A stretch of 64,000 bases of DNA from Gordius albopunctatus (Eukaryota). Shown here in pieces: positions 43,067 to 57,233 of the stretch. The notes beneath the pieces are model-generated. The model was not told where the DNA came from. It saw nothing but the letters and a program-made list of their open reading frames with translations, and ran no database searches. The position numbers were made by a program, and so were the translations under genes. The DNA is taken from NCBI GenBank assembly GCA_964276515.1, contig OZ193909.1:11098001-11162000 (forward strand), in the 5' to 3' direction. Position 1 is the first letter of the stretch. Each line of letters opens with the position of its first letter.

Positions 43067-46000
43067 ATGGGCACCCAATTTTTGTTAAAATGTAAATTTA
43101 ATTTATCTATTTTAATTTTTTTGATTATTAGCAATAATTAAGAAGCCTTTTTATCAGACATACTACGGATTATCAAGTATAAAAATTTAAGTATATTTAG
43201 AGGATTTAAATACCAAAAATAAAATTTATTAAGTCTAATAAACTCCATACATTTGTTATAGATAAGCCATTAAAAAGCCATCCAAAAAATATTGTTATTA
43301 TTGAAGGAGTTAGGACACCTTTTGTTCAATCTGGTACAGTATTTAAAAATGAAACTCAGCATTCTTTAGCCAAGGTTGCTATCAAGTAAAATTGTGTTGT
43401 ATTTTTAAATATAATAGTAATTGTCTATGAAACAAAAACACTTTTCAAATAAGTTTTAATGATTAAATTTTAATTTTATTTTGTAAAAATATATACAAGT
43501 GGCCTTTTGAATCGATCTAATATTCATAAAGATCAAATTGAATACGTCGTTTATGGAAATGTTGTTCAGGAATGCAAAACTACAAATATTGCCAGAGAAG
43601 TATATATCAGTGTTTTAAAACTGCTATATTTATTTATTTTTAATAAAACTTTATTTTTTGTTTTAATTTTGTATTGATAATGACATATTTCAATATAACC
43701 CTATATTTTATTCTCTAGTAGAGTAATTATAGAGTGCCAACATTAATAATTGTATATTTAAATTATTAAATTTGATTTTGTTTATTCAAGAATTTTTTTA
43801 CTTAATGAATTATATGATTAAATCATTTTTTAATTTAATAAATATTTTGTTTAATTTAAATTCAGGCTGCACTTTTAGCAGGTATTTCAGATAGGATACC
43901 AGCTTCTACAGTAAGCATGGCCTGCATATCTTCTAATCAAGCCATTACTTCATGTAAATAAATTAGTAAAATTTAATTAATATTTAAAAATTAGTTGAAA
44001 TATTTGCCTTTTGTAATTGCTAACAACTTTCCATTTGTTACGATTATTGTTCCACAAGATTATATGCATGTTCAATCTTTACCTATGAGCAGCCATATGA
44101 CATAGTCTAATGAAAAATAATTTGTTTGCTATAATTAAGAGTCTATATATATATATAAGTTAAAATATCATTGTTTTTTGGTTTCTATACACTTTATTAT
44201 CAACATTAATATTTATATCTTAATTACAATGCAGGATAAAATGATTTGAAGTAAGTTCTAATATTTAACTCATTGCCAACCATTGGTGAAGTTGCAATTA
44301 GAAGAACACCGTGTTTTGTTTTAACAAAAAGCTTGTGGACTATTGTATAACCTGGCAGCCCCTTTAATTAGGTTAACTGCGAGGGGTTCGAAAATTTTAA
44401 AGTAAGAGTCACAATCAGGATAAAATGTTGGGTGGTAGGAGGGCCTGGTATTTGGCTATTTTGCTACCGTGTGAGTAGATAGGGGGTCAATAATGTAAGG
44501 GCAGATGAAATCCCATTTAAGATTTAAAATATAATTGTCAGGTCGCATTTTTCCTATTAATCAAGGTTCAGACTCTAAAACGGACATTAAGTAATCACTT
44601 TTAAGGGTGATATGGATGGGGGAATTTATTTAATGTCTTGTATATTATTTTGCGCCTGACTTGAGCCGGTCGCTAAATCTTTTGGAAACCTTTGTTTTTT
44701 CTTCAAATATTTAATATCTTTTAAAAAATTCCCCACCCTTTCAAGCCATTTTCCCCTTTTATTAATTTAAAATTATGCCTAGATGTACCGCTTTAAAACC
44801 CGAGAATTTTAAATGTATTGGATTAAAAAAATAAGCCGCAAACTTAGCTTTGCTCAATAAGCTAAACGTCTAAAAGCGACGTCGGTAAGCATGGATGTAG
44901 CCATGCTCCCAGACCTTAAACATTACAGTCCGTTTTAGCAAATGAACTGCTTCTTTATGAAGTGCAGAAGAGCCTAGTTTTAAAACTTAACAAAAACAAC
45001 ACCTAGCCGTGGGGCTCTAATGAAGTCCATAGGACCGAGAATGGGGTCCAGGGGAAAAGCCCCTGCCTATCGAAGGACCTAGTTTTAATTTTTTTAAAGG
45101 GCAATTTATTGGGTGCTTTGATAATACTATCACCTGTTGGAAATAATTGCGGTCTCAGGGCTAAAGCATTTAAGAGTTCTGACTCCTCCAACATCAACTC
45201 GGGTAGAATCAATTAAGCTCCAAGAATTTATAACCAAAGGTACTACTAGACTGAAATTTTGGCCGACATCGCATCCCGATAAAAGGTAATCAACGAAGCG
45301 CGATGGGTCCCCGAGCCGACGTTGGCAGACCAGACATTTAGAGCTAGTACCACGGATGGGTCATCGTTCGGTGTTGGAAGCCTGTCGACTAGTTTACGGA
45401 AAAATTATAAGAAGAGATAAATGCTGCCAATAATATTAAGGCAGCTGGGATTATACCCGAACCGCCGATTGTTAGTAGTGCAGCTTGAAGCCAGGAGAAT
45501 GCTAAGTCATGTTTTCAGGGGCCTTGTTAATGAATATCGTTTAGGATGAGGGATGCAGCTTATGAACAATATTAAATTTAGGGGTGTTGAAATAGTTGTT
45601 AGTAAAAAGCGCGATGTTTCGGAAGAGTTTTAAGTAATCCCGCTTTTGAACTATGGATAACCAAGTGATGTAAAAATTTTTGCCTCTAGGTCACCTTTTA
45701 GAAGCCCTAGAAGGTAAAATTATACGTTTTAACTTTTGAGAAAAGTTAAAAAGTGCAAAAAGATAAAAGTTTCCGCGCCAGACAAGGATTTTCTCAACAA
45801 ATTATTTCATTAAGTTGCCTAGGAAGAAAAGATTGTTGCGTTTACGCTTCGCAAGTTAATGAGTCTGTAGTAAATAAACTGGCCTAAAACTATCACGGTC
45901 GACTACAAAATCCGCGGGAGATCAATTGGTGGCCTTACGATAGCCAGTAGAATATAGTTTTATGGAAGGAGACGTAGTGGGGATCGTTCTGCGGAAGGCA

Positions 46001-49000
46001 TTGGAAAATGTTTAAATTTTAGTTGTTGGTATGGTTCAAAGGGTAATTGGATTGCTGGAAAAACAGATTTTAAGGCACTTTTGGGATTAGAGTCATAAGT
46101 TTTTTTTGTCAATTTGGTTGTTTGCTTGGGGGTGGGGAGATTTAAGGGTTTAAGCGGTACTTTGAATGTAATTATCAAAATTAAATTTTAATATTGAGTG
46201 TCTTATATGCACAAGTTTTTCAATATAAAGTATCGAAGGGAATAGTATAACAAGATTATCGATTTTTAGGGCTATTTGTGATAGGAGAGATTAAATTAAT
46301 TAACAAATTGATTAATAGGTCGAGCTCGTATCTCCTATAATTTTTACTATTAATTGCTATGCAATTTATGGGCTCGTTTTTGGTTGTCCGTCCGTCCGTC
46401 CGTCCACCAAGTTATTTACACCAGCTTCCCGACCTGGAGGTTGCGGGTTCGAGACCCGGAGAGGACAAAATTTTTTTTTTTTTTTAAATTAAATTAATAT
46501 TTTTTTCTTGTTAATACCATTGATAATATGACTTTTTGACCGTCCGCAGGCTACTGACCAATGAAAAAATGACCACTGGCCAGATAAATCGAAATTTTTA
46601 ATTTTTCGTTTTTGAATAGTTTAACATTGATAATTACCCTATGCCCTCCCCTACAAGGGCCTATGGCTCTATTTATATGGTTCCCTGTTCCCCTCCAAAG
46701 GCTTATGCCTCTATTTAATGTGGGTTCGAATCCCGGAGAGGGCAAAATTTTTATTTTTTTAATTAATTTAATATTTTGTTCTTGTTAATACCATTGATAA
46801 TATGACTTTTTGACCGTCCGCTGGCTACTGACCAATGAAAAAATGAACATTGGCCAAATAAATCCTAATTTTTCGTTTTTCCTTTTTGAATAAGTTAACA
46901 TTGATAATTGAAAAAAATTACCATTGGCCAAATAAATCAAAATTTTTTGTTCGTTTTTGAATAGGTTAACATTGATAATTACCCTATACTTTTTAATAAT
47001 TGCTATGCAATTTATCTAGTTTTTGGGTTAGAATCCCGGAGTTTTTTTTGACTCTTATGATTGTTCTTGTTACTATCAATGATAATAAGACTTTTTGGCC
47101 GTCCGCTGGCTGCTGACCAATGAAAAAAATGACCATTGGCCAAAATGTGTATCCGAGTTTATTTTTTCGTTTTTTTTGAATATTATGATTGTTCCTGTTC
47201 CTACCATTGCTATTATGACTTTTTGGCCGTCCGCTGGCTGCTGACCAATGGAATAAAATGACCATTGGCCAAAATGTGATTCGAAAATTTTTTTTTCGTT
47301 TTTTTTGACTGTTATGAATTTATATCCACTTTTACCGTGTCCTGGCTGCTGACCAATGGAAAAAAATGACCATTGGCCAAAATGTGAATCGAAATTATTT
47401 TTTCCGTTTTTTTTGACTATTATGATTGTTCCTGTTCCTACCATTGCTATTATGACTTTTTGGCCGTCCGCTGGCTGCTGACCAATGGAATAAAATAACC
47501 ATTGGCCAAAATGTGATTCGAAAACTTTTTTTTCGTTTTTTTTGACTATTATGAATTTATATCCACTTTTACCGTTTCCTGGCTGCTGACCAATGGAAAA
47601 AATGACCTTTGGCCAAAATGTGATTCGAAAATTTTTTTTTCGTTTTTTTTGACTATTATGATTGTTCCTGTTCCTACCATTGCTATTATGACTTTTTGGT
47701 AATACAACTCCCGTAGAATTTAACTAACCATAAAGCTTCCCCTTCGCTCCCTCTCTCCCCCTTTATGATATTTGGCATATACACTTATTTAGTGCTTCCA
47801 ACCTTCGTTTTGCAATATTCACGTAAGTATTTCCATAAATTGCATAGCAAATATGATACATTTATACGGAGTGTAGATGAGTTCCCCCTTCCTTCCCCTC
47901 CTCCCCTTCCCCCTTCCCTCCCCTTCCCCCTTCCCACGAGGGCCGAAGGCCCGAGTTTTTTTTATAAGTTTTTGTACTAATAAACTTTTGATAAACGTTT
48001 TGCTTTTTTTGCTAATCAGAACGGTCCATTTTATTGAGGATTTAGCCATAGGTGCTAAATTTTTATACAAAATTTCGAGAGCATTTTATATTTTCAAACC
48101 TCAACTATACTTTCGATAGGTCAACCGAGGATTTTAGGATGCCAGTACTATCTTTATTAAATATTCAGCATTGAAGCCGCCATTTTTGCGCCTAACCTAT
48201 GTGCTTTTTTACATTTTTCATGTTTAAATGGTAATTTTTATTTTACCAAAGGTATGGGATACATAAATTCTGAAAGTTGTGATATTGGCATAGCTGGAGG
48301 TGTAGAACTTTTATCCGATATACCAATACGTTTTAGCCGTAGCTTGAGGCAGGCTATGCTCTCCTTCCCCAAAGCCAAAACATTTGGATCCAAGTTGGCG
48401 TTGTTGGGAAAACTGTCACCCAAAGCCCTCATACCCGAGGTACCATTCATATTGATTAAGTTGTATTTTGCACATACCCTCCCTATCTATTAAGCTTACC
48501 TTTTTGGTTTAGGTTATTTTTGCTGCTAATTTATTATTTTTTGCGTTTAACGTGAATTTTGTTTCTAAGGGGAATTATCATAGAGTCATTTTGTTAGCTG
48601 GTTGTTAAAAATTTAGCTAAACTCTTTGTTATACTTCGTGTTTACTAAATTATTGATTATAATATTGATTACGCTGATAAATTAATTTAATAAAAAAATT
48701 ATTTTTTAGTGTTCAAATTTATTAATTTTTTAAAAAATGTACTGGTATGTGAGTTGTTTTACTTGCATTTTTACAAAAGCAGTGAATTGAAGTGTAAGTT
48801 CACCAATTTATAATTTTGTATTTATCTGAACATTTGTCGTTATTCGAAAAATTGGATGGTTTTTTACATTAGAATTTGTCCTCATGGTTAAAAGCCAATA
48901 AATTTTTGCCCTTGAATATTTAATTTTTCACCTTATTGTCAAGCTACCTGCCGTTGCCGAATTTTCAACGAACGAAGTCATGGGGCACTCCAGTGATCGG

Positions 49001-51058
49001 TTATCTACGGCTTTCGAAGTATCCCGTCGTGAGCAGGATGAATATGCCATCCGATCCAATACTTTAGCCGAAAAAGCGAGTGCCCAAGGTCTCCTAGCTG
49101 ACATAATTCCATTTCCAGTACAAGGTGGTGCGCGTCAGTTACTTTTATTATATTAGGAAACATGATTATCTGTATTCATTGCACGCCTTTTATCCGATTC
49201 GCCTTTGGAGATTAATTGTAATTATTATAAAGCAACTGCTCATTTACATTTTTTGTAATAAACACCACACGCGGTCAAACGAGATTTTTACTATTTCATG
49301 GTAGTCACGCCAAATATTTTAATTTATTTTTTGGTTTTAATCGTTTGAAGGGAAAGATTGTCAAAGTTGCGGCGTTCCCTAATTATTTCAATGCTTAATA
49401 TCTTATGAAAATAATTCATAGCCACATTTTTATTCGCAAAAGCAACGCTTATAGTAAAACTTTTATAAAACATAAAAAATAAACTTGATTCTTATTTTAG
49501 GAAAATCTGAGCCCATCATACAAGATAATGGTATCAGAGTATCGAACCTCGAGCAAATGAGTAAACTTAAGCCAGCCTTCATTAAACCGTACGGAACTGT
49601 GACGGCGGGTAACGCCTCATTTTTAACCGATGGCGCCAGTGCTTGCCTCATATCTACCGAACAAAAGGCTAAGCAATTAGGCTTAAAGCCCAAAGCTTAT
49701 CTTAGGTAACAATTTTTGCTATTTTGTGGTTTTACGGTATGTTTTATTAAATTCTATCGTTATTTAAAGATTATGGAAAAATAGAATTCATAGAGGACAG
49801 TTTGCTAAAACTTGTTAATCAAAATAGTTTTTCCCATATAAAATTTGCTAATTAAAATTTCATTGACTGATATTTTTGTCATAAAAAATATGATTAACAC
49901 CTCCTTGAAGTTAGTCACATCATTTATTAAGGTGACAGGGTTATAATTTACATTAACAGCATTAAACAATTTTCTTACTTTATTAAAATCTTTTAATAAA
50001 TTTTAAACGATACGTCGGTTAGCTATTTTTTCTATCAATTAAGGGAATATCTTTTGTGATTATAATTAAACCGTTAATAAAAGAAATTTTTATTTAGGGA
50101 TTTTCAGTATGTGTCGCAAGATCCGAAAGATCAGCTATTACTCGGGTAAGTTTAATTGAATATCACGATTTATTATGTTTAAAGACCAGCGTATGCCATT
50201 CCCAAACTATTGGACAGAAACGGATTGACATTGAAAGATATAGATGTTTTTGAACTTCACGAAGCATTTGCCGTAAGATTAAATACCTTCACCTAATAAA
50301 TAACGTAAAATTTTATTAAAGGGGCAAGTTTTGGCTAATCTAAAAGCCTTGGATTCCGACTGGTTTAATCAAAATTACGTCAAACGAAAAAACAAGGTTT
50401 GTTTAACCCATAATTTTTGCAGTTGCTACATGCCTTGTATACCATTATTGTCATACTATATATATATATAACGAATTTATAAGGTTGGAGAAATTCCAAT
50501 GGACAAACTAAATTTGTGGGGAGGTTCGCTTTCTATTGGTCACCCGTTTGCGGCAACTGGTGTAAGGTTGGTGATAACAGCTGCTAATCGATTACACAAG
50601 GAAAATGGGCGTATAGCCTTGGTTGCTAGTTGTGCTGCCGGGGGTCAGGTGTGCTTCTAGATTATAAAATCTTTCTGTTTTATACGTAAATTATGGTTCT
50701 GTAGGGATTTGAGTCAAATTTCTTATGCATTTTCACAGTTCATGAGAGATCCTCTTTTCGAGTTAGTTTGTTATAGTGTTTGTAATTGTCCATATAAATC
50801 AGAGGATTGCACCTACTTTTTTACTCGCTAATGGTGACATTTTAGCCATACCCATATACTTCAGGCTTCTATCATAGTTGTAAAATAAATGTTCATAGTT
50901 GTATTTATTTTTTCATGAAGTTTCCCTGAATTTTCACGTGACCACAATTTCTCTATTTACTGACTTACACGTTGGCACTTATTAATTATTGTGATTTTAA
51001 GCTTATTCTCTTCTCATTTTAATTACAGGGTCACGCGATGTTAGTTGAGAGGTATTGA
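43067..51058 (+). CDS. HADHB: Mitochondrial trifunctional enzyme subunit beta (3-ketoacyl-CoA thiolase), 13 exons; first two exons tentative
   Basis: [119 protein letters not shown] at 51056. Confidence 0.95.
46352..47955 (+). mobile_element. HINE/DINE-1-like element, copy 2, in a HADHB intron
   Basis: Near-identical to 26549-28096; subTIRs at 46354 and 47833; (GTCC)5; 3' hairpin at 47940-47952. Confidence 0.85.
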
Positions 51059-52772
51059 TGACTGGATAATTGTGTTACAAAATAATAATGAACGAAGACC
51101 CGCAGGAACAAATTTTTTGCCTAGCGGAACACCTATGCTTCATTGATTTGTTTTTGAAGATATAATCAGTAATTTAGCAATAAAATTTTTTATGGATTTG
51201 TACGCGTCAATGAATTTTAAATCACTATCATTGTCAAGATTTTAAAAGGGGGAGTTTTTAAACACTTAAAATACTCTGAATTTTTTCTAATTAAAATTCA
51301 TAGCTCCAAAGGCGACCTAAGCGCCCTAATAATTTTCTTAATTTTTTTTACAATTTATCATTTATATCAATCGTTGTTTTTTTTAACCTAAAACAAGCTT
51401 TATCTTTTATACTTGAATTAACTCATACCTAATCCGAAAATCTTTCATATATCGAAAATACTAAATCCTTAAACAACCTGAGAAAATAATTTAAAGTAAA
51501 TTACAAAAGTCTATAAATTCGATTTTTTTGAATCTCTTATCAAAGCTTCTGTGCCTAATATTTTTGGATTTCAGATTTTCTTGCTAACTGACTTTTAAAA
51601 AGATACTTGATTGAGCCCAAATTATTTCAATGTATTTATATTATGATTAAATATAAAAAATGAGATGATGTTTTGTTGGAACTAATATTGAACATGGGAA
51701 AATACTGAGATGGAAAAGTTCACAACTGTGCACGACACTTTCTAAACAGAATCAGCTTCAAGTCGCTACAGGCCTAGAGCCCTGCAAAATTGCTTTTTAT
51801 TGACCCATACCAGCCCCGAGCCTGAGATTTAAAAAAATGTCAATCTTTATTAATAGTAAATTTTACATTTAAAATTTATTTACTATACATATTTTAATGA
51901 TATTGATATTAATAAAATAGGTTATTTAAAACAGACAACGAACAATTATGATAACTACATAATTAAAAATCCAGTTAATCTTGTTACAATTTAATCACCT
52001 AAAATAAAACTTCAAAGTCATAATTTATTTAACAATTAAAAAGATTTTAGATGCTCAATTAGTTACTTAATTTTTAAAGGTTAATTATTTCTTTTACATA
52101 TATTAAGGAATGTGTCTTTAAAAAAATAGCAAAAGTTAATTTATATATTTATAACATGACTAGCTGTGTCCGGCCAAGCGTTGCTTTGGCTCAGTCCTTA
52201 AGTGGTTAAATAAGTATAACCTATTAATAAGACTTATCTAAAATGGGGTCATGTATGAAATAATGTGAAAGGTCCGAATGCTAATGCAAATAAATATCCA
52301 TAATATTTATTTAAGGGCGATATAAAATATTTATTAATAATTCATAAGAGTATATAAGCATTAAAATATAAAAAGCTTATAATAATGTATGGGTAATAAA
52401 GAGCTCTATGAAGATTTTGGCTGAAAGTATAATGTAAAAAATGATGTAAATAGTAAAATAAAACCTGCAAGGGAAAGTTGATGGATAAAGGGTAAATCAA
52501 AGATAGGTCTGTCTTATGAAGAATAAGGTAATACACGTACAGTATTATAGCTTCTTCTGAATGTCTCGTGCTAAAAGAAATATAAAATTATAGAATTTAA
52601 AAGGTGATTATACGCGAGTAAAATCAATGGGCTTTAATGGTAATTGCTAAAAGTTATGAGTGGATAAATATAAACAATACTAAGTTTAATTATTCATGCA
52701 GATAAAGAGGGTTGTAGGTTCGGGTAAGAGATGCTTTGCAGCTTAACTTCTTCCTTAGAAAGGAAGCAATTG

Positions 52773-55700
52773 CTATAATGCTTTGGGATAGACAATATTT
52801 TTGGTCATGTTATTTTCTGTGTATATATAGAGATTTAGTGGATTGCCGACGCGCGAACATGCAACATATAATTGTCCATGTGAAAAACAATCTGTTTCTA
52901 AATCTATACCACAAATTTCTAGAGACTGGCCTTGAGCTTTGTTAATGGTAATAGCAAATGCGAGTTTAAAAGGAAATTGCAATCTTTTGAATTCAAAGGG
53001 TAAATCTGTTGGAATCAAAGGGATCCGTGGTATGAGGACATCTTCTCCAGTGAAAGTTCCAGTTAAAATCGTTGCCTCAACAACGTTGCACATTAAGCGT
53101 TTAATAGCAAGACGTGTGCCGTTGCAAAGTTTTGGCTGATTAACATTACGCAACATCATAATCGGCACACCAATTTTCAAATAAAACGTGTGGTGGTATG
53201 CCTGGGAGATCTAGCGAATTTAAAAATTCGAGCGGATAATTAACAGCTTCATCAGCAGTAACAACAGTGTCAACCGATTTGTAGGTAACTGGAGTGCCGT
53301 CAATTGTAGACAGAATGAGATTGTTAAGTTCTTGGACGTCTTTATTCTTTGGGGGAAGAATAGCCCGTTGACGGAGCCATATTCGATCCTGATAATGGGT
53401 GTTAATATTTGGAAAAACTTTTTCTACCAAAACTGTTTTGGACGACACAAAATGGCAGAAGTTGGTAGGAAATAAAATCCGTCCTGTGTTTATATCGACG
53501 GGCACGGTTCCGTTTCCAATTTCTAGCAATTGATGGGAGAATCACTCACCTGCTTGCTCATTTTGTAACATTACACGCATATTAGTAGTTAAATTTAAGG
53601 TTTTGACATAAGGCCACAAAATAGAATATTTTAGGCAAGCATCGATCTCATCAGCAGGGGTTGATCGAGGAAGCACTGGTAAAGTTTGCCTTAAATCTCC
53701 TGCAAGCAATAAAAATGCGCCACCAAATGGTCTGGAATCTCGACGCAAATCTTGCAAAGAACGATCTAGAGCTTCGAGCGATTTTTTATGGGCCATTGTG
53801 CATTCATCCCAAACGATAAGTTTGCACCTTTCTAGTACTTTACCCATTCCAGATGCTCGGGAAATGTTGCACATGGGAGTTTCGCTATAATGAATGTTTA
53901 GAGGCAATTTTAATGCTGAATGAGCAGTTTTACCACCAGGCAACAATGTCGCAGCTATTCCGGAAGATGCAAGAGCCACGGCTATTTCATTTTGGGATCG
54001 AACAGTTGCAAGAAGTAAAGTCAGTAAAAATGTTTTACCAGTTCCGCCAGGAGCATCTAAGAAAAAAATATCTCCAGAACCTTTATTAACAGCTAATAAT
54101 ATTGTATCATAAATGGCTTTTTGTTGGAGTGTTAGCCTTGGAACATTAGAGCTCACATAAAACAAAAGATCTGCCTGGTTATAATTAAGTTCACGGTAGA
54201 ATTCTGCATGTAATGGAGCGGCAGAAGAGCGATTAGGCGCAGGCATCCCCAATTGTAATAAAACTTTATTCCCGATTTGTAAGCATAAATCTTCAAGAAT
54301 AATTAAAGTTTGATTATAATGTGACATTTGAGGCATGTTAATGATAGGATGTGAAGTACTATTCCGATGAATAATATCTTCTGCCATGTGTGCTTGATAT
54401 TTATCCCATAAAGATTTAGGATTTGACGGAGAGCATGAAGTCAATATAATCGCAAATAATGCACGGATTTGTTTTGGATTTGTAGTATGACACGCCTCAC
54501 TGATGCATTCATCCCAATGATTATCGTGTTCTAATAGATGCATAGCTTGGCATGCACTGCGGAAAGTGGAATGTACAACACCGTCGACCACTTTTAATTC
54601 TTGGAAACATGTAGGACCACGTACATTAATTAAAAGCATGCGAAGAAAGAAACATTCATCTTGATTGGGATGGATAGTGTATAGTCGGCTTATCGCATCA
54701 TTTTCGAATATGTCAGGGTGTCCATCGACACACTTTCCCCGTTTGCGACGGAAAAACGATCTGCTACGCGAATTCCATGTGTAGTAAGTAGGTACCTCTG
54801 AATAGAGCAGCGTCTGCGCAAAAACATCATGTTGGCATAGCTTGAAGAAAGCTGTGAGCGTTGTGTCGGGGGGGGGGGGTTTAAGGCGATTTGTTGGACA
54901 TTACCATTTGTACAATAAACTCGCTGCCCATTTTCTAGATGCACGGCTAAGTGAACCACAGTAGGACTACGGTCATGTATGGGGAAGGATAGAATACGCC
55001 ACACAGCTTCATTACTGCTAATGTATCTTCCAGCCTGATATTGTGCGATTTCATCGGTGTGAAGGCTCCCTAATTGGGCTATGCTATCTGACTGAACAGT
55101 GAAAACTGCCATATCACTGCCTTTGTTTACATATTTACAAATATATTTGATGTATTTAACGGAGTTACAATACTCAACGTTGATGTGAGCTTTGTATAAT
55201 TTTAAGAGCAGAGGACTATATGGAACAACCCATCGGTTGTCCACCTCGACCGTTGCAATGCGTATGTGGATGGTTGCTACGTTACCACCATATTCTATTG
55301 ATCTTCTTTTGTTAAGCTTCGAGGATATCGCTTTGAGCATTTGCCGTCTATCATGCATGGCGATCTTGGATTAAGTGTTCTGCAAGGGCCGTGTATCATA
55401 TTTTTGGTAACAATTTGGTACAAATTGTTATCTAAGTTGGGGTCGGAAATTTCAGCAGATATCAAAGCGTCGATTTCGTTTGACGTAATCTTGCTATATA
55501 GCCATATGAGTATATGGGCATGAGGCAAACCTCTCTTTTGCCATTCGACTGAATACATCCAGCAACGCACAGACCCAAATACCTCATGCTTAACAATGAG
55601 ATTAAGCATTGATTTAAGTTTTTGCCGGAAAACACGGGCGGTAATGTCATGCCTATCGAGAGGTAATTGACCAGGAAACAAAAGGTCTTTTATGTCGTCC

Positions 55701-56988
55701 CACGCTGGGTTGCATGTAAAAGTTATAAATAGGTCCGGACGACCGTATTTACGAACATACGCAAAAATGGTTAATCTCCCAACGTTAATGGTATTAGAGT
55801 CGTTACGAACTGCATCTCGCAAATAGATATATTCTTCTGAGCGAAGTTTCGTCTGATTTAAGCGGATGTATAGCAAACGCTCCGATTCAATTTTGGCATA
55901 CATATCCACGATGTATTGGTGGAATAATTGCCGGCATTTTAAAATAAAATTGTCCCCGTCCGCTCGAATCATTATTTTGTATGAATAATAGTTCATAGCG
56001 CTGCATTTTGAGTTTGTATGTTCGCCATTGATTGGATTTATCATCTTAACGTTAAAGTGATATCCGTCAGCACCATCCCAAAATATAATTGGATATTGAA
56101 GGGGGTCATAGCAGCGATGAGTGTCAGCAACTTGTGTCAAAGCATTGTTTCTCCTATGAAGCACAATGTCTCTAGGTTGAAATTGATCCCCAACTATAAC
56201 AATGGCGACTTCATGTATAGTTGGGTTGGGGCATTAAATCCTCTCCCATGTTCTCCCGGAGGAGTTTTGTCAGCATGAATGACTATTTTGTGGCTATCTG
56301 AAGGCATTATGTCCAGTGCAGTTTTGAATAAACACACTAAATTATTATTAGCATGAAGCAGCAACTGAAGCTGTGAAACGATGGATCTTTTTAAACCGCT
56401 AAAAATGTCGAGGCGTGCACCTAATTCTATCTCATCATCTCCGATAAAATATAGTTGTAGGAACTTATGTTGCCCTTCTGGCAATGGAAGGAGGGAGCCG
56501 GCTTTATGATAAATTTGGCCTTTTACCTTGAATGTAGGCATGAATTGTGTGGTTACAACATCAGCGCCAAACGACGTCATTTGGAAACAGGAGTTGTATT
56601 TCCTGATGTTAGATAGAAAATGTTTAGAATCAGTTGTATAACCAGCCATCAATGTTTGTAATGGCTCAGGCGGTTCTGCAAGGTGAGGCAGTTTAACTTT
56701 TCAGGCTGCGCAACACATTCCAGTAGTTTCTCCAGCAAATTTCAAGGCATTGCAATGAGGACACACAATAGACATAGTACCAATGAGAACATGGCGACGT
56801 AAACTTTCAATATTATATGGGTAAGAAAATTCTAGGCGGTTGCCTGCGGGTAATGACTGAGCACCTGCGGGTGGCTGAGGCAGAGTTGTATACTGTTGTA
56901 GTTCATCTTCAAGCCCAAGAGTACGCACTCTACGCATTCGATTCGCATTTCGTGTCCTCCGTCCAATCGATTTTCTTTTGGGGCGCAT
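52773..56988 (-). pseudogene. Helitron RepHel (HUH Rep plus PIF1-type SF1 helicase), with stops and frameshifts
   Basis: CPHCNA...CC zinc motif, FITFTCNP, VEWQKRGLPHAHIL, YICKYVNKG, DAPGGTGKT, IVWDECTM, AITINKAQGQSL and HGQLYVACSRV across broken frames. Confidence 0.93.
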
Positions 56989-57233
56989 GAATCTAAAGTC
57001 GATATACCAAGAAAATTAAAAATACATAAATAGGTCGAATTTTTTTTAAAAGTAAAACTTGTTTTTATTAAATGAAACTTTGTATGCTAAAAAATTATTA
57101 ACAGAGTGTAAAAATAATCAAAAACTAAAGAGAAAATAAAATTTTAGGCTAAATATATATAGCAATTGAGACTTAGAGAATTTAAATTATTATAACAATA
57201 TTTTCACGTCAAACGTTTAGATACGTAAACCTT

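Noticed and set aside
52773..54639. Host PIF1 helicase gene
   Set aside because: Contiguous with the HUH Rep domain and bounded by Helitron termini
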